Below, piece by piece: positions 11,101-19,705 of a stretch of DNA of 64,000 bases. The DNA is from Defluviitaleaceae bacterium. GTDB lineage: Bacteria; Bacillota; Clostridia; Lachnospirales; WQUN01. The stretch spans positions 20,622 through 84,621 of the forward strand of contig WRBD01000002.1 in assembly GCA_009779835.1 (NCBI GenBank), in the 5' to 3' direction. Under the pieces are notes generated by a model. The model saw nothing but the letters and a program-made list of their open reading frames with translations. It had not been told where the DNA came from and did no database searches. Numbering within the stretch: the first letter of the stretch is position 1; every line of letters begins with the position of its first letter. Both the position numbers and the translations under genes were made by a program.

Positions 11101-11384
11101 CATGATACCGTATTTCCGATTCCGCCCCTGCCCCAAGGCATTACAAAACCAACAGTACCGTTGGCACCGCCCTCAAGGGTGAACTCAAGAACTGCCATAG
11201 TGGTGTCTGTAAGAGCCAATCTTGAAAGTGCATTTGCGTCAATACGGAACGTGTATTCCGCTAAAGCGTCTTCGGGGGCATTCAACTGGTCAATAATTCT
11301 ACCTATACGCGCTCCGAACAAGTTCATGGGCAGTAAGGACATAACCATTACTACTGCCAAGAGTAAAGCTAATTTCTTTTTCAT
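8160..11384 (-). CDS. Large secreted cell-surface protein with C-terminal stalk (copper amine oxidase N-terminal-like) domains; function unknown
   Basis: 1074-aa ORF with signal peptide MKKKLALLLAVVMVMSLLPMNLFGA. C-terminus reads ...VTLDSPSATVNGNAVDI...VIEGRSYVPARFLAGIFGVPIEF (stalk-domain consensus). All plus-strand ORFs inside it are shadow ORFs. Confidence 0.6.
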   Translation of the reverse strand: MKKKLALLLAVVMVMSLLPMNLFGARIGRIIDQLNAPEDALAEYTFRIDANALSRLALTDTTMAVLEFTLEGGANGTVGFVMPWGRGGIGNTVSWTATPANSDINSEDPKFIGTSGTGIPYPHIRWGSEHMVSGPAITFTPGPDFEVRGATSGTEYAAVLARLNNIVATDRQYPQTPPGTTSSVMYNRPGANGWDWAGAPINDNRDHPAPHNVFLRQLSLVLLGGSDSTAFPPMDGWIHVTIRGIRAASDEATMSIALQEGGGAVRTRSTDLLREERLNVRWHNGVNISSVSVVPMAANAVLSGIKIQEDRVGGMLSRDPGTTNQMSYVRLIAPRGFRWDAGWGEVGDPDVHGLWGITPGRVRVHGNTAFPYPSNANNNDGEYEVNVRDNFINEHSGRNEIILEITTPARDTRFAARSTPAEITIHGMNLIPVRGAATTGNVAIDVYVGGPGGHRPSGATGPEEWFAGDHAFGMNRWGIGRPRHLNIPNNEPGHRYFRGDVAGSPWTQHAEGAQHWRERGLVVASFDFEGDVAISGPENMQTVRSGEWTSEVPFEPATANTILRAPDIASGLTTGGLLFGRNHNNRWMNGSNYSLRIAEVVHGSLFRSADRFELVPETEGVRIVDAQFRGGREGDISNLFNWGGFSVLGHEREFVSSVGSFEDDGSVEFFPRTWAPDLQSRLRHLDVRFVLSVEAGHEVKYGDEIGIRVYRNGVHIGTAAVANVYDPIKIEQDPAVEIERNQFDVLALTPVAPFSISEAEAGELEFGDQIRFRLQAVQGGREISIPVGEMELWLSDPVVNTADSGFELRKLPGNQLGFEVRNTSQGTAGSFEIEEVHLAGPTVPGIEWHVVVYGPEISRNSHLILGDTDFRYGSISGTRRTVVAGEINDYGDELPFEVRHGRFDRMPYNAEVLQVKGLAVIHPGAPGSTEPTTPGPSVGRRAFTRATMVEVDGVSIQAVEFPTVAPGVVSSMMNPRVFADFVGATVDWNEAARTATFTGIDTHGNSQTVVLTLDSPSATVNGNAVDIATGAGQGQLAGNIRPVVIEGRSYVPARFLAGIFGVPIEFQSGTVILG

Positions 11385-11661
11385 AATTTCTCCTTCCCGG
11401 TTTTTGAAAATTGCGTAAAACCGTTACGCTTATATTTTTCGCTTCTTTCGCGCCGCTTCCGTCGCGCTTTTTGTGTGGCGCAGGTCATTAGTAAGGAAGC
11501 GATGCGCCATTTGGGCTGTTGCCCGGTTTAAACTTTGCTTTTTTAGGGCTAAAGCCCGTGGGTGAAACGACGGTACTTTGGCTTCATTCTGCCGTTTTCC
11601 GCAAAAACCGATACCTCCTTTCTTATATGTGGCAACTTTTTCCCAGTTACCTGTTAATGAG

Positions 11662-11690
11662 AATATAGCACTTCAGAAAAACGCGGTCAA
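11662..11690 (-). promoter_or_regulatory. Sigma-A-type promoter for the surface-protein gene (TTGACC-17-TATATT)
   Basis: On the minus strand, TTGACC (plus 11685-11690), an exact 17-nt spacer, then TATATT (plus 11662-11667). Implies a 5' leader of about 270 nt. Confidence 0.5.
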
Positions 11691-12011
11691 TGCAAAAGAC
11701 AAATGTGTAAAGAAACTGTAACCAAAACCACAAAACTCTAAACACAAAAACACGCTTCTCCGAAAAGCCGCAAGGGAGTTTACCACGCCGCACTTGAGCA
11801 ATTCAACCTATTTTGGTGAATTGTAACAAAGCTGTAACATTTTACTTCGCTTGCGCATATTTTCTCTGCTTCGTTATTATTTGAATCAGGAAGATTTTTT
11901 ATCCTTCTTGTTTTTCTATGTAATGAAATTGTAATAAAAGTCCCTCAAAAAATATTTTTGTGTTACAATTCATTTAGGATACTTATTAGAAATCCGTTCA
12001 GGAGGGAACAA

Positions 12012-13208
12012 ATGAAAAAATTTTTTGTAATTTTTTTTACTGTTTTAATTTTCGCAACACCCGCCGTGTCGGCAAGAATTGCAGACGGGGAAGAATTTTT
12101 GCCAATTTGTCAAACCGCAGAGACACACGGCTGGGAAATTGAATGGCACCGCACACCAAGTACATTGTCCTTAACCCCGCCGGACAGTACCGAAAATATT
12201 TTATTGTGCGTAGAACTTAACGGAGGAGTTATTCTTAACGGCAGAATTTATTTTCCCGCCGCGACATTAAACAGAATATTTATCGGCATTATTCCCGAGG
12301 AGATTCCGGAGGAAATTCAAGAGGATGATACTCCCGCTGAGACAGGCATTCACGGAAAGCTTACCCGTGTAAGATACGGCGAAAACACAGCATATATTTT
12401 CGGTTCGATGCACGCGGGGCGGGCAGATTGGTTTCCGCTTCACCCGATTGCGGAAGACGCAATGTCACGCGCGGATATTTTCGCATTCGAGATTGACAAT
12501 ACAACCGATTTGTCCGAAAGGGTTCTGAAGGAAATTCACGCATTAATGACAATCCCCGATGGGGAAACACTCAGACGTATTCTGCCTGATGATATACTCA
12601 GAGAATTTGATAGAAACCTTCAAACCTATGAACACCTGGGAATAACATACCGTTTAATTAGACATTTAACACCAGCCGCGCTGCTTCACGAGATAAGTTA
12701 TCTGGTGCTGGAGACTCTTGGTGTGGAGCGTAAATTTTCGGTGGATGATTATATAGAAAATTACGCGAAAACAAACAAACGCCCGATTATTGGGCTAACC
12801 TCTGTTCTTCAGCAATATAAAAATGTTTTTGATATACCTCTTGATATTCAAGTATACGCACTTGAGGATTTCCCGGATTTTGAAACATGGTTGGAATTTT
12901 TAGACGACGAAGAATATATTGAAACATACGAAACCCAAGATATTGAAGCCATGCGCGCTGTGTACGCTTTCGACAGCCCCGATGATTTGCAACTCAACCC
13001 ATATGTGGAGCTTATAAACGACCGCCATCTTAATGTGCGAAATTTACATTTTTCAAATGAAATAGCTCGTTTGCTTCGAGAAACCAAAGAGCCGACTACT
13101 TTTTTTGTAACGATGGGCATATGGCATATTCTTGGCGGCGAAGGCGGCGGACAAATTCTTATTCGTCTTGAAAATGAGGGTTTTGAAGTGACCCCGCTGT
13201 GGAGTTAG
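12012..13208 (+). CDS. TraB/GumN family protein with N-terminal signal peptide and stalk-like domain
   Basis: ATG 12012 follows GGAGGGA. Contains MKKFFVIFFTVLIFATPAVSA, ILNGRIYFPAATLNRIF, then AYIFGSMHAGRADWFPL, typical of TraB/GumN. Confidence 0.6.
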   Translation: MKKFFVIFFTVLIFATPAVSARIADGEEFLPICQTAETHGWEIEWHRTPSTLSLTPPDSTENILLCVELNGGVILNGRIYFPAATLNRIFIGIIPEEIPEEIQEDDTPAETGIHGKLTRVRYGENTAYIFGSMHAGRADWFPLHPIAEDAMSRADIFAFEIDNTTDLSERVLKEIHALMTIPDGETLRRILPDDILREFDRNLQTYEHLGITYRLIRHLTPAALLHEISYLVLETLGVERKFSVDDYIENYAKTNKRPIIGLTSVLQQYKNVFDIPLDIQVYALEDFPDFETWLEFLDDEEYIETYETQDIEAMRAVYAFDSPDDLQLNPYVELINDRHLNVRNLHFSNEIARLLRETKEPTTFFVTMGIWHILGGEGGGQILIRLENEGFEVTPLWS

Positions 13209-13211
13209 TAT

Positions 13212-14261
13212 ATGAAACTTGAAAATTATCATGCACAGCAAGAAATGCAAAATATAATAAAACTGCGGGAGATGTTAAAAACTCTTCCGCAATTCGCGGT
13301 TGGATATTTTCGCAGTTTGGGCGACCAAACCGCCGCATTGACGCGACTTGCCTACGCCTACGATTTGCGGATTTTTTTTAAGTTTCTTGCGGAAGAAATT
13401 TTCGATAATACTTCCGTATGTTCCATATCAACCGATGATATGCGCAGAGTTGAATCCGACCATATCGAAGAATTTATGGAATATCTTTCGTATTACGTTC
13501 CCGCCGAAAACCCGGACGCGCCCCATACAAATACATCTTTGGGGAAGTCGCGCAAACTTGCGGCGGTGCGCGGTCTTTTTAAGTACTTATATAGGAAGAA
13601 ACTCATTCCCGCCAATCCCGCAGAACTTGTTGCGTTCCCGAAAATAAACGAAAAAGCCATAACAACTCTTGAGGTGAACGAAATCGCAAAGCTTCTTGAT
13701 GAAGTTGACAGCGGCGAAAATTTGACAGAGCGTCAAAAAATTTTTCACGAGCGCACAAAAATTCGTGACGCGGCAATAATCACGTTACTTCTTGGCACGG
13801 GAATGCGCGTTTCGGAATGCGTCGGGCTGGACATACGCGACATAGATTTTGAAGTGAACGGTCTTCGCGTAACACGAAAAGGCGGCGATGAAATGATTCT
13901 TTATTTCGGAGACGAAGTTGAAGCTGCGCTTTGCGCGCACTTGGAAATCCGCGAAGATTCCGATCCGATTGAAGGTCACGAAAACGCGTTGTTTCTCTCT
14001 TTACAAAACCGCCGCATCACCGACCGCGCCGTTCAAAAAATGGTAAAAAAATATGCATCATTAATTACTCAATTGAAAAATATTTCACCCCATAAATTAC
14101 GAAGCACCTTTGGCACACAGCTTTACGCCGAAACGGGCGACATTTATCTTGTTGCAAACGTGCTTGGTCACGCCGATGTTAACACCACCCGAAAGCATTA
14201 TGCGAAGATGGACGACACCTATCGCCGCAAAGCCGCAAACGCAGTACGCTTGCGTGAATAA
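13212..14261 (+). CDS. Tyrosine recombinase (XerC/XerD-like site-specific integrase)
   Basis: Catalytic-domain motifs TGMRVSECVGL (Arg), HKLRSTFGT (HxxR) and LGHADVNTTRKHY (His...Tyr) are present. Confidence 0.8.
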   Translation: MKLENYHAQQEMQNIIKLREMLKTLPQFAVGYFRSLGDQTAALTRLAYAYDLRIFFKFLAEEIFDNTSVCSISTDDMRRVESDHIEEFMEYLSYYVPAENPDAPHTNTSLGKSRKLAAVRGLFKYLYRKKLIPANPAELVAFPKINEKAITTLEVNEIAKLLDEVDSGENLTERQKIFHERTKIRDAAIITLLLGTGMRVSECVGLDIRDIDFEVNGLRVTRKGGDEMILYFGDEVEAALCAHLEIREDSDPIEGHENALFLSLQNRRITDRAVQKMVKKYASLITQLKNISPHKLRSTFGTQLYAETGDIYLVANVLGHADVNTTRKHYAKMDDTYRRKAANAVRLRE

Positions 14262-14323
14262 ACCATTTGTGCTAGTATTTTGAAAAATTTGATAAAGATA
14301 AGTTGCTGGAAGGAGTGCCTGCA

Positions 14324-14845
14324 TTGGAACAATTCACTTTTGTAAAACGCGGTTACGACCCCGAAGAGGTTGACAGATATATCTCGACTCTTGAACAAGT
14401 TATAAAGAGTTACAAAGAAAAAGACAACGCCATTAAAAACGCGATAATAAGCGCGCAGGTGGCAGCAGACAACATGATTAAAAACGCAAAAGCCCAAGCC
14501 AATGAGTATAAATCACAAATAGCCAAAGAACTTGACAAAGTAGGCGTAGAAGTTGAGCGCCAGCGTATGCAAGTTCAAGCCTTTCAAGACGTGTATGAGG
14601 GGCTTATCCGCAAATACCTTACCGAAATCGACAAACAAGAAATTTCCGAAATCTACGCCCGCCTTGAAGACGTGGAAAGGCTAATAGAACGTCTAAAAGA
14701 AGCAGATATCATGCCCGCACCCACACCCGAAGGAATGCCTGCGTCAAACACCGGTTATGGGCCGCCTCCGCCACGCGAAGCACCGCCTCCGGGATTTCCT
14801 CCGCTTCCGCCCGCGCCAATTAGCAACCCGGGCCTTATTAATTAG
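14324..14845 (+). CDS. DivIVA-domain protein with Pro-rich tail
   Basis: FTFVKRGYDPEEVDRYISTLE is the DivIVA N-terminal signature, followed by coiled coil and a PPPPREAPPPGFPPLPP tail. I prefer TTG 14324, 8 nt after AGGAG, over TTG 14303. Confidence 0.7.
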   Translation: MEQFTFVKRGYDPEEVDRYISTLEQVIKSYKEKDNAIKNAIISAQVAADNMIKNAKAQANEYKSQIAKELDKVGVEVERQRMQVQAFQDVYEGLIRKYLTEIDKQEISEIYARLEDVERLIERLKEADIMPAPTPEGMPASNTGYGPPPPREAPPPGFPPLPPAPISNPGLIN

Positions 14846-14869
14846 AAAACAATTTAACTATGATAAAAA

Positions 14870-14917
14870 AAGATTGACCCTGCCGGATAAACTCGGCAGA
14901 ATCAATCTTTTTATTTT
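14870..14917. terminator. Bidirectional terminator between convergent genes
   Basis: Nested stems AAGATTGA...TCAATCTT and CTGCCG...CGGCAG, with an A-run upstream and a T-run downstream. Confidence 0.65.
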
Positions 14918-14949
14918 CTCAAAAATCAAAGGGGTGAAAAAATAAAAAA

Positions 14950-15672
14950 TCAACCAAAAATTAAAAAATAAATTACAGCAAACATTTCGCGCATATAATT
15001 TGCCGCAAAGCTGTGCCGTGGTGTGGGTGCGCCTATGGAGTTTGCGTCAATGCCAAGACTTCGTGCCTGCCAAGCGGCGCGGAAAACATGAAAATCATTT
15101 GTGATAACGACGGCACGAAAACCGCCGGGGAAATAATCCGTTAAAATTTCATTTGAGAATAAAAGATTTTCGTAAGTGGATGTTGATTTATCTTCTTGTA
15201 AAATTCTGTCCGGCGAAATTCCTTGCGCCACAAGATAACGCGACATTGCTTCCGCCTCTGTGATGTTGCGTCCTGCGCCAAGCCCGCCACTTACAACCGC
15301 AACGGCGTTGCGGTTTTCATTTAAGTATGTAACGGCAGTGTCCAAGCGCAAAGCAAGATGCGAACCTACTTCATCGCCGTTAAGCCCCGCACCTAACACA
15401 ATTACGGCGTTTTCGGTGTAGTCGGCATTGTTGCTTTTTCCGTAAATCATAAGAAATACCACGAAAAAAACAGGCACTGCGCAAGCCGCCCATAACACGA
15501 TATGAATTTTTCGTGGTATTTTCCCCAGAAAAATACCATACACCACCAGCACAGCCGCGGCAATCCCAAGCATTATGTGTCCGAAATGTATATTCGTTAC
15601 AAATAAAAGCGCAACAAAATTTATTAATGCAATTGTTCCGAAAGATATAAAAATAATTTTTAATGCCTTCAT
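14950..15672 (-). CDS. DUF218/YdcF (SanA-like) family membrane protein
   Basis: N-terminal TM helices, then VIVLGAGLNGDEV...AVVSGGLGAGRNITEAEAM...STSTYENL...ITNDFHVFRA, the DUF218 pattern. Start trimmed to MKALKIIF. Confidence 0.7.
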   Translation of the reverse strand: MKALKIIFISFGTIALINFVALLFVTNIHFGHIMLGIAAAVLVVYGIFLGKIPRKIHIVLWAACAVPVFFVVFLMIYGKSNNADYTENAVIVLGAGLNGDEVGSHLALRLDTAVTYLNENRNAVAVVSGGLGAGRNITEAEAMSRYLVAQGISPDRILQEDKSTSTYENLLFSNEILTDYFPGGFRAVVITNDFHVFRAAWQARSLGIDANSIGAPTPRHSFAANYMREMFAVIYFLIFG

Positions 15673-15817
15673 GACGCACTTCCCCCTCTTATGGCTAAAA
15701 AACTTAGAGTTATCTTCCTTCCGCAATTAAATGGTCGACCTTCTTCCATTATAAACGGGATAAATTGTGCTGTGTTGAAAGAATACCATTTAACTTTAAC
15801 TCGCAAAATGGCAACAA

Positions 15818-17218
15818 TTATCCCATAAAAAACGCAAGTATTCGTTGCCAAAGGCTTAATTTATGTTCGGGTTGCGGGGGCATGTGCAGGGTGTAGCGGT
15901 TGTTTTCGTATTTATGAAGCAGTTGATGGCGCATAAGAATCCAGTAGAAAGCTTCTTTAACTCGGAAGGGCTCAAGGGGACCATCAACGAAACCTTTTTC
16001 GATTGTCTCATTGGTTTCAGGGTCTGAAATTTGTTCGATGGTGGGTTTTTTTCCTAAGCTTGAAACGGCAAAACAATTAACGGCTTTAAAGCAACCTAGT
16101 GCATTATTTAAAATGCTTTCTTCGCCAAGGTACGAGAGAAGTTCGCGCACTTCTTGGTTTAAGCCCTTCATACTGCGCATATTTACCGCGCCTTGATGCA
16201 TTTCGTCCGTAAAAATATGCTGAATACGGTTTTCCGGTTTGTTGCCGAAAAATTCTAAATTAACGAAGCTTAAAAGGTCGGACTTGGACAAAACCAACGC
16301 CATCGGAATGTTGCTTTTTTCGCGGTCAAAACCAAGAAAATAATTGTAAAGCGTATTGAAAATTTGTTGGTTAGAGTTTTCTTCGGGAATGGCTTCGATA
16401 AGTGACGCATCGGTTACGCGGAATAGGTCTGAAAGTTTTGTGAAATTCGTCGGGTCTGCAAGGAAAATTAAGCCGCTTGAATCCTTAATGTTAAATCCGT
16501 GCTGCCGAATACCTGTGTCATCGCGCAAGTCCTCGCCTGCGATGTCGTAAAAAATGACATCAATTGAGTTCTCTTCCATTGCGCCGTCTTCGTTTTTATA
16601 ACGATACCAAAAATTAAACGCGTAAGGCGGAATCTTTCTGCGTTTGGTCGAGCTGATAAGTTCGTGGTTTTTTAATAATGGCTTTTGGTAATTTTCGTAA
16701 AATGTTTCTCGCACCTGCTTGTCGCCGATAAATGTCAACTTCGACGCGAAATCCATATTATTTTCAAGTTCGGAAATAAGTACTGTAAGAAAAACAGATT
16801 TACCGACACGGGCATCGCCAAGAATTGAAATAAGCAAAGTTTCACGAACGCCATAACCGATTGGCAAGTCGTTGTGACAGTTGGGACAAAGTCGTTGCTC
16901 GCAAATTATTTTTTTACCCTCTGGAAGAGTGTATGTTACACGTTGAGCAAACCCGTATTTTTCTAATTCGTTTTTTTCCACAGAAACCGCGTTATTTCCT
17001 TCAACTTCTATTGATAATGGCTGTGTTGCGTTTTTTGTTGCTTCCCTTTCGCTTATTTGCAGAACTTCAACTTGATAGTCGAATAATTTTTCATCAAGAA
17101 GCATGTTTTCGTTCTTTTTACTCTTGGTGGCGGAAACAGGCGCGGGCAGACGAAAATCCGCTTCATTCGGATGGAAGCGGTGACAACAAAACGGACAAAT
17201 AACAGGTTTTACTTTCAT
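15818..17218 (-). CDS. Zinc-ribbon plus P-loop (TRAFAC-like) GTPase; last gene of the vWA/tubulin-like operon
   Basis: CPFCC (aa 8-12) and CPNC (aa 111-114) form a split Cys4 ribbon. Walker A GDARVGKS lies at nt 16796-16819, with DIAGED (DxxG) and SKSD (degenerate NKxD) further on. The ATG overlaps the upstream stop (ATGA). Confidence 0.6.
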   Translation of the reverse strand: MKVKPVICPFCCHRFHPNEADFRLPAPVSATKSKKNENMLLDEKLFDYQVEVLQISEREATKNATQPLSIEVEGNNAVSVEKNELEKYGFAQRVTYTLPEGKKIICEQRLCPNCHNDLPIGYGVRETLLISILGDARVGKSVFLTVLISELENNMDFASKLTFIGDKQVRETFYENYQKPLLKNHELISSTKRRKIPPYAFNFWYRYKNEDGAMEENSIDVIFYDIAGEDLRDDTGIRQHGFNIKDSSGLIFLADPTNFTKLSDLFRVTDASLIEAIPEENSNQQIFNTLYNYFLGFDREKSNIPMALVLSKSDLLSFVNLEFFGNKPENRIQHIFTDEMHQGAVNMRSMKGLNQEVRELLSYLGEESILNNALGCFKAVNCFAVSSLGKKPTIEQISDPETNETIEKGFVDGPLEPFRVKEAFYWILMRHQLLHKYENNRYTLHMPPQPEHKLSLWQRILAFFMG

Positions 17219-17862
17219 TTATGTGTGCCTCCGGTAAGGTTAAACAGGTGGGAGTAATTTTCATCAAGAATAAATTTTACAGCTTGTTCTTTTTTAATAT
17301 AGAACCCGCACGCGCCGGCGCAAGAGAGCGTATCCAGAGGATATTCGCCGACCTTGCGCCCTTGTTCGTAAATTGCGTATTTTAAAATTTGTGTGACAAG
17401 TTGCATTTGAGAAGAATCATCCGCCATAACGCGAATGGTTGCCAACTGAAATTGACTAAGAGGAAGAGGTTTGAGCTTTACGGTTGTTTTTAAAGAAACT
17501 TTTTTGAATAACCAATCGGTTTCATATACGGGTTTGCAAATTGTAATGCCCTTGTCGTCATTAAAATACGCAGGCACGGCAATGAATTTGCTTTTTTTCT
17601 GAATATTTTTCGAGAACTTCGCCGAAAGTTCACGCGTAACAACCTCGTGCGGATGATTTTCATTTAACAATGTTTCAATGCCGGGAACTTCCGTTTCGTC
17701 GTCTGTCCACTCGAAGATAAAAAGCAGTTTAATAGTGCGGTTTTGCGGCCATTCCCATGTTAAAACAGCATTGTTTTTATCGTCCATACTCCGTTCGAAA
17801 CGCCGCAAATTCAAGGACGCGTCGGAGTTTTCTATTATCGTGTAGTTTGTTATCTTAGGCAT
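17215..17862 (-). CDS. Hypothetical 215-aa protein (operon gene 4)
   Basis: ORF fills the space exactly. Its start overlaps the upstream stop by 8 nt (ATGCCTAA) and its stop overlaps the next start by 4 nt. No motif recognised. Confidence 0.5.
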   Translation of the reverse strand: MPKITNYTIIENSDASLNLRRFERSMDDKNNAVLTWEWPQNRTIKLLFIFEWTDDETEVPGIETLLNENHPHEVVTRELSAKFSKNIQKKSKFIAVPAYFNDDKGITICKPVYETDWLFKKVSLKTTVKLKPLPLSQFQLATIRVMADDSSQMQLVTQILKYAIYEQGRKVGEYPLDTLSCAGACGFYIKKEQAVKFILDENYSHLFNLTGGTHK

Positions 17863-19705
17863 TTTTACTCACATCATAATAAAGTTCGTCTAAACTAAAC
17901 GCGCCCGAGTGGTACAAAACCGCCAAGCGGTTTACTGCGCTTCCGCTTTGCAATGCTTCTATTTCAGGTGCGAAAACATTCATACGCCCAAGCCCCCGTG
18001 CTTCGTATTGTTTTTTCACTTCGTAAGCGGCGTTTGCCTCCGGCATAAATAAATTTGCCTCTGTATAAAGTTTTGCGTATCCCGTTTTCAGCCGAATGCC
18101 GAAGTGAACGTGTTGTAACAGCCATTCGCTTAACGCGGCGGAAATATCTTCGCTGCCGGTAAGTTCCCGCAACAGAACATTTATGGGTTCCGTAAACTGC
18201 GGCGCGGGCAAAATATTTATTTCTATGAAATTTGATAGTCGTTTTGTAAAACCGGAAAATTCATTATTAAACAAAGCTTCCGTCATTTCTATTGACAATT
18301 TTTCAATTTCTCCGCTGTTTGTCTTGGCGTACTTTTTAAATTTTTTTCGGAAATAATCCGCGGCGTTTTGATTTTTGTTTTCAGTGAACGCCCGAAATGT
18401 TTCGTTAAGACGATGAATTTGATTTTCTTGCGCCAAAACAATGGCGTCAACTTCACTGATGTATTTTTTTATTTTTTTCAAATATCGTTCGATTAAACGC
18501 AACCTGTGTTTTAAAACATTAATTTTTTCTTTAATAAATTGCAAATTAATTTGTTTTTTCAAAAACTCCGACGCAAGTACATACGGAAATAAATTTTGAT
18601 TCTGTAACGGCGAAAGTCTGCGCGTTGCGGATTCGGGGCTACCCTTTGAAAAATCGGGTTTTTTTTCAAGCCATGCGTTTAATTTTTCTTCTGCGTCACA
18701 TAAATCGTTTTGCGATTTTTCTATAGCATCGGAAATGGCTTTTTTGTAAAATCCTTCTACTTGACGCGAAAGTTCATACAAGTTTGTAATTCCCGGGGAA
18801 AATTTATCATCATCGCTTGCGATTTCTTCGTAATCGTCCGCAATCTGTGCAAGCCTTTGCCCGAACAAGCGCGTAATCCACGCGCCGCGTGATAGCGGGT
18901 TGCTCAAATTAAATTCAGGAATCGCCAAACCGTACAAATAATCCATGCTTTTCGTCGGTCTTTTTTGCGGGAAAACGGGTTCGGGCACAGGTTCCGGCTC
19001 GTTCGGTTCATTTGGGCAATACGTCAAAATTTCTGCCATGATTAAAGCCTTTAACGCGTCTTGCGGAACAGATAAAACCAAACTTCCCGCCGTTAAAAAA
19101 TCTCCGTTTCGCGCCGCACAGTTTTCCAGAAAAAAGAACTCGCTATATCGGGACGCGTCCGCTTCGGCTATATATAAACCGGGCGAACAATCTTTAAAAA
19201 GCGTAAGCAACGCGGCAGTTTGCGCAGATTTACTCAGATGTTCGAAGGTATTTATGCTTGACAGGTTCGACAATAAATAAATTCGCTGATGTTCCCCGCA
19301 AAGTTTTTGAAGCATTTGCAAAACATTTTTTCTGCAAAACGTGTGCGAAAGTAAATTGGCATCATCTAGCAAACAGTAAATATCAACCAAAACACCCGCC
19401 GGATACAATGCCGAAAAATATTTTTCCGCCGAAACAATCAATTTCGGCAAAGCAAGCGCGGTTTCATCCGCATAAACAAAAAAATTTGCGCGAATAATAT
19501 CCGATTTTCCAACCCCGTTTGTTAAAAATTCCCGCCAACAGCGGCTTGCTTCTGTTCGGATAAATTCATCATCGAAATTGGCGGAAACTTTTATAAACTC
19601 CGCACCGTTAACATAAGTTCCTATCGCGTCCGTAAGCGACGCGGCAAAATCATTGCAATTTCCCAATGTGAAAAAAACAACAGGGTTGCTTATGATTCCT
19701 TTCAT
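17855..19705 (-). CDS. Hypothetical 616-aa protein with coiled-coil-rich C-terminal half (operon gene 3)
   Basis: ATG overlaps the tubulin-like gene stop (ATGA). The KKQINLQFIKEKINVLKHRLRLIERYLKKIKKYI region looks coiled-coil. No catalytic motif seen. Confidence 0.55.
   Translation of the reverse strand: MKGIISNPVVFFTLGNCNDFAASLTDAIGTYVNGAEFIKVSANFDDEFIRTEASRCWREFLTNGVGKSDIIRANFFVYADETALALPKLIVSAEKYFSALYPAGVLVDIYCLLDDANLLSHTFCRKNVLQMLQKLCGEHQRIYLLSNLSSINTFEHLSKSAQTAALLTLFKDCSPGLYIAEADASRYSEFFFLENCAARNGDFLTAGSLVLSVPQDALKALIMAEILTYCPNEPNEPEPVPEPVFPQKRPTKSMDYLYGLAIPEFNLSNPLSRGAWITRLFGQRLAQIADDYEEIASDDDKFSPGITNLYELSRQVEGFYKKAISDAIEKSQNDLCDAEEKLNAWLEKKPDFSKGSPESATRRLSPLQNQNLFPYVLASEFLKKQINLQFIKEKINVLKHRLRLIERYLKKIKKYISEVDAIVLAQENQIHRLNETFRAFTENKNQNAADYFRKKFKKYAKTNSGEIEKLSIEMTEALFNNEFSGFTKRLSNFIEINILPAPQFTEPINVLLRELTGSEDISAALSEWLLQHVHFGIRLKTGYAKLYTEANLFMPEANAAYEVKKQYEARGLGRMNVFAPEIEALQSGSAVNRLAVLYHSGAFSLDELYYDVSKNA

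Noticed and set aside
8184-11418. Many plus-strand ORFs (up to 212 aa, e.g. 10780-11418) inside the 1074-aa surface-protein gene
   Set aside because: These are shadow ORFs on the antisense strand of a long, well-supported gene. They have low-complexity or Cys/Arg-rich translations and no RBS.
13212-14261. Tyrosine recombinase as the integrase of a prophage or integrative element
   Set aside because: There are no phage, conjugation or excisionase genes, no tRNA target and no flanking repeats nearby. Its placement between TraB/GumN and a DivIVA-domain gene fits a chromosomal Xer-like recombinase better.
14950-15817. DUF218 gene as a sixth member of the vWA/tubulin-like operon
   Set aside because: It is on the same strand but separated by a 145-nt gap, with no translational coupling. 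DUF218/YdcF genes are common stand-alone envelope genes. It is left out of the system, although co-transcription cannot be excluded because no terminator was seen.
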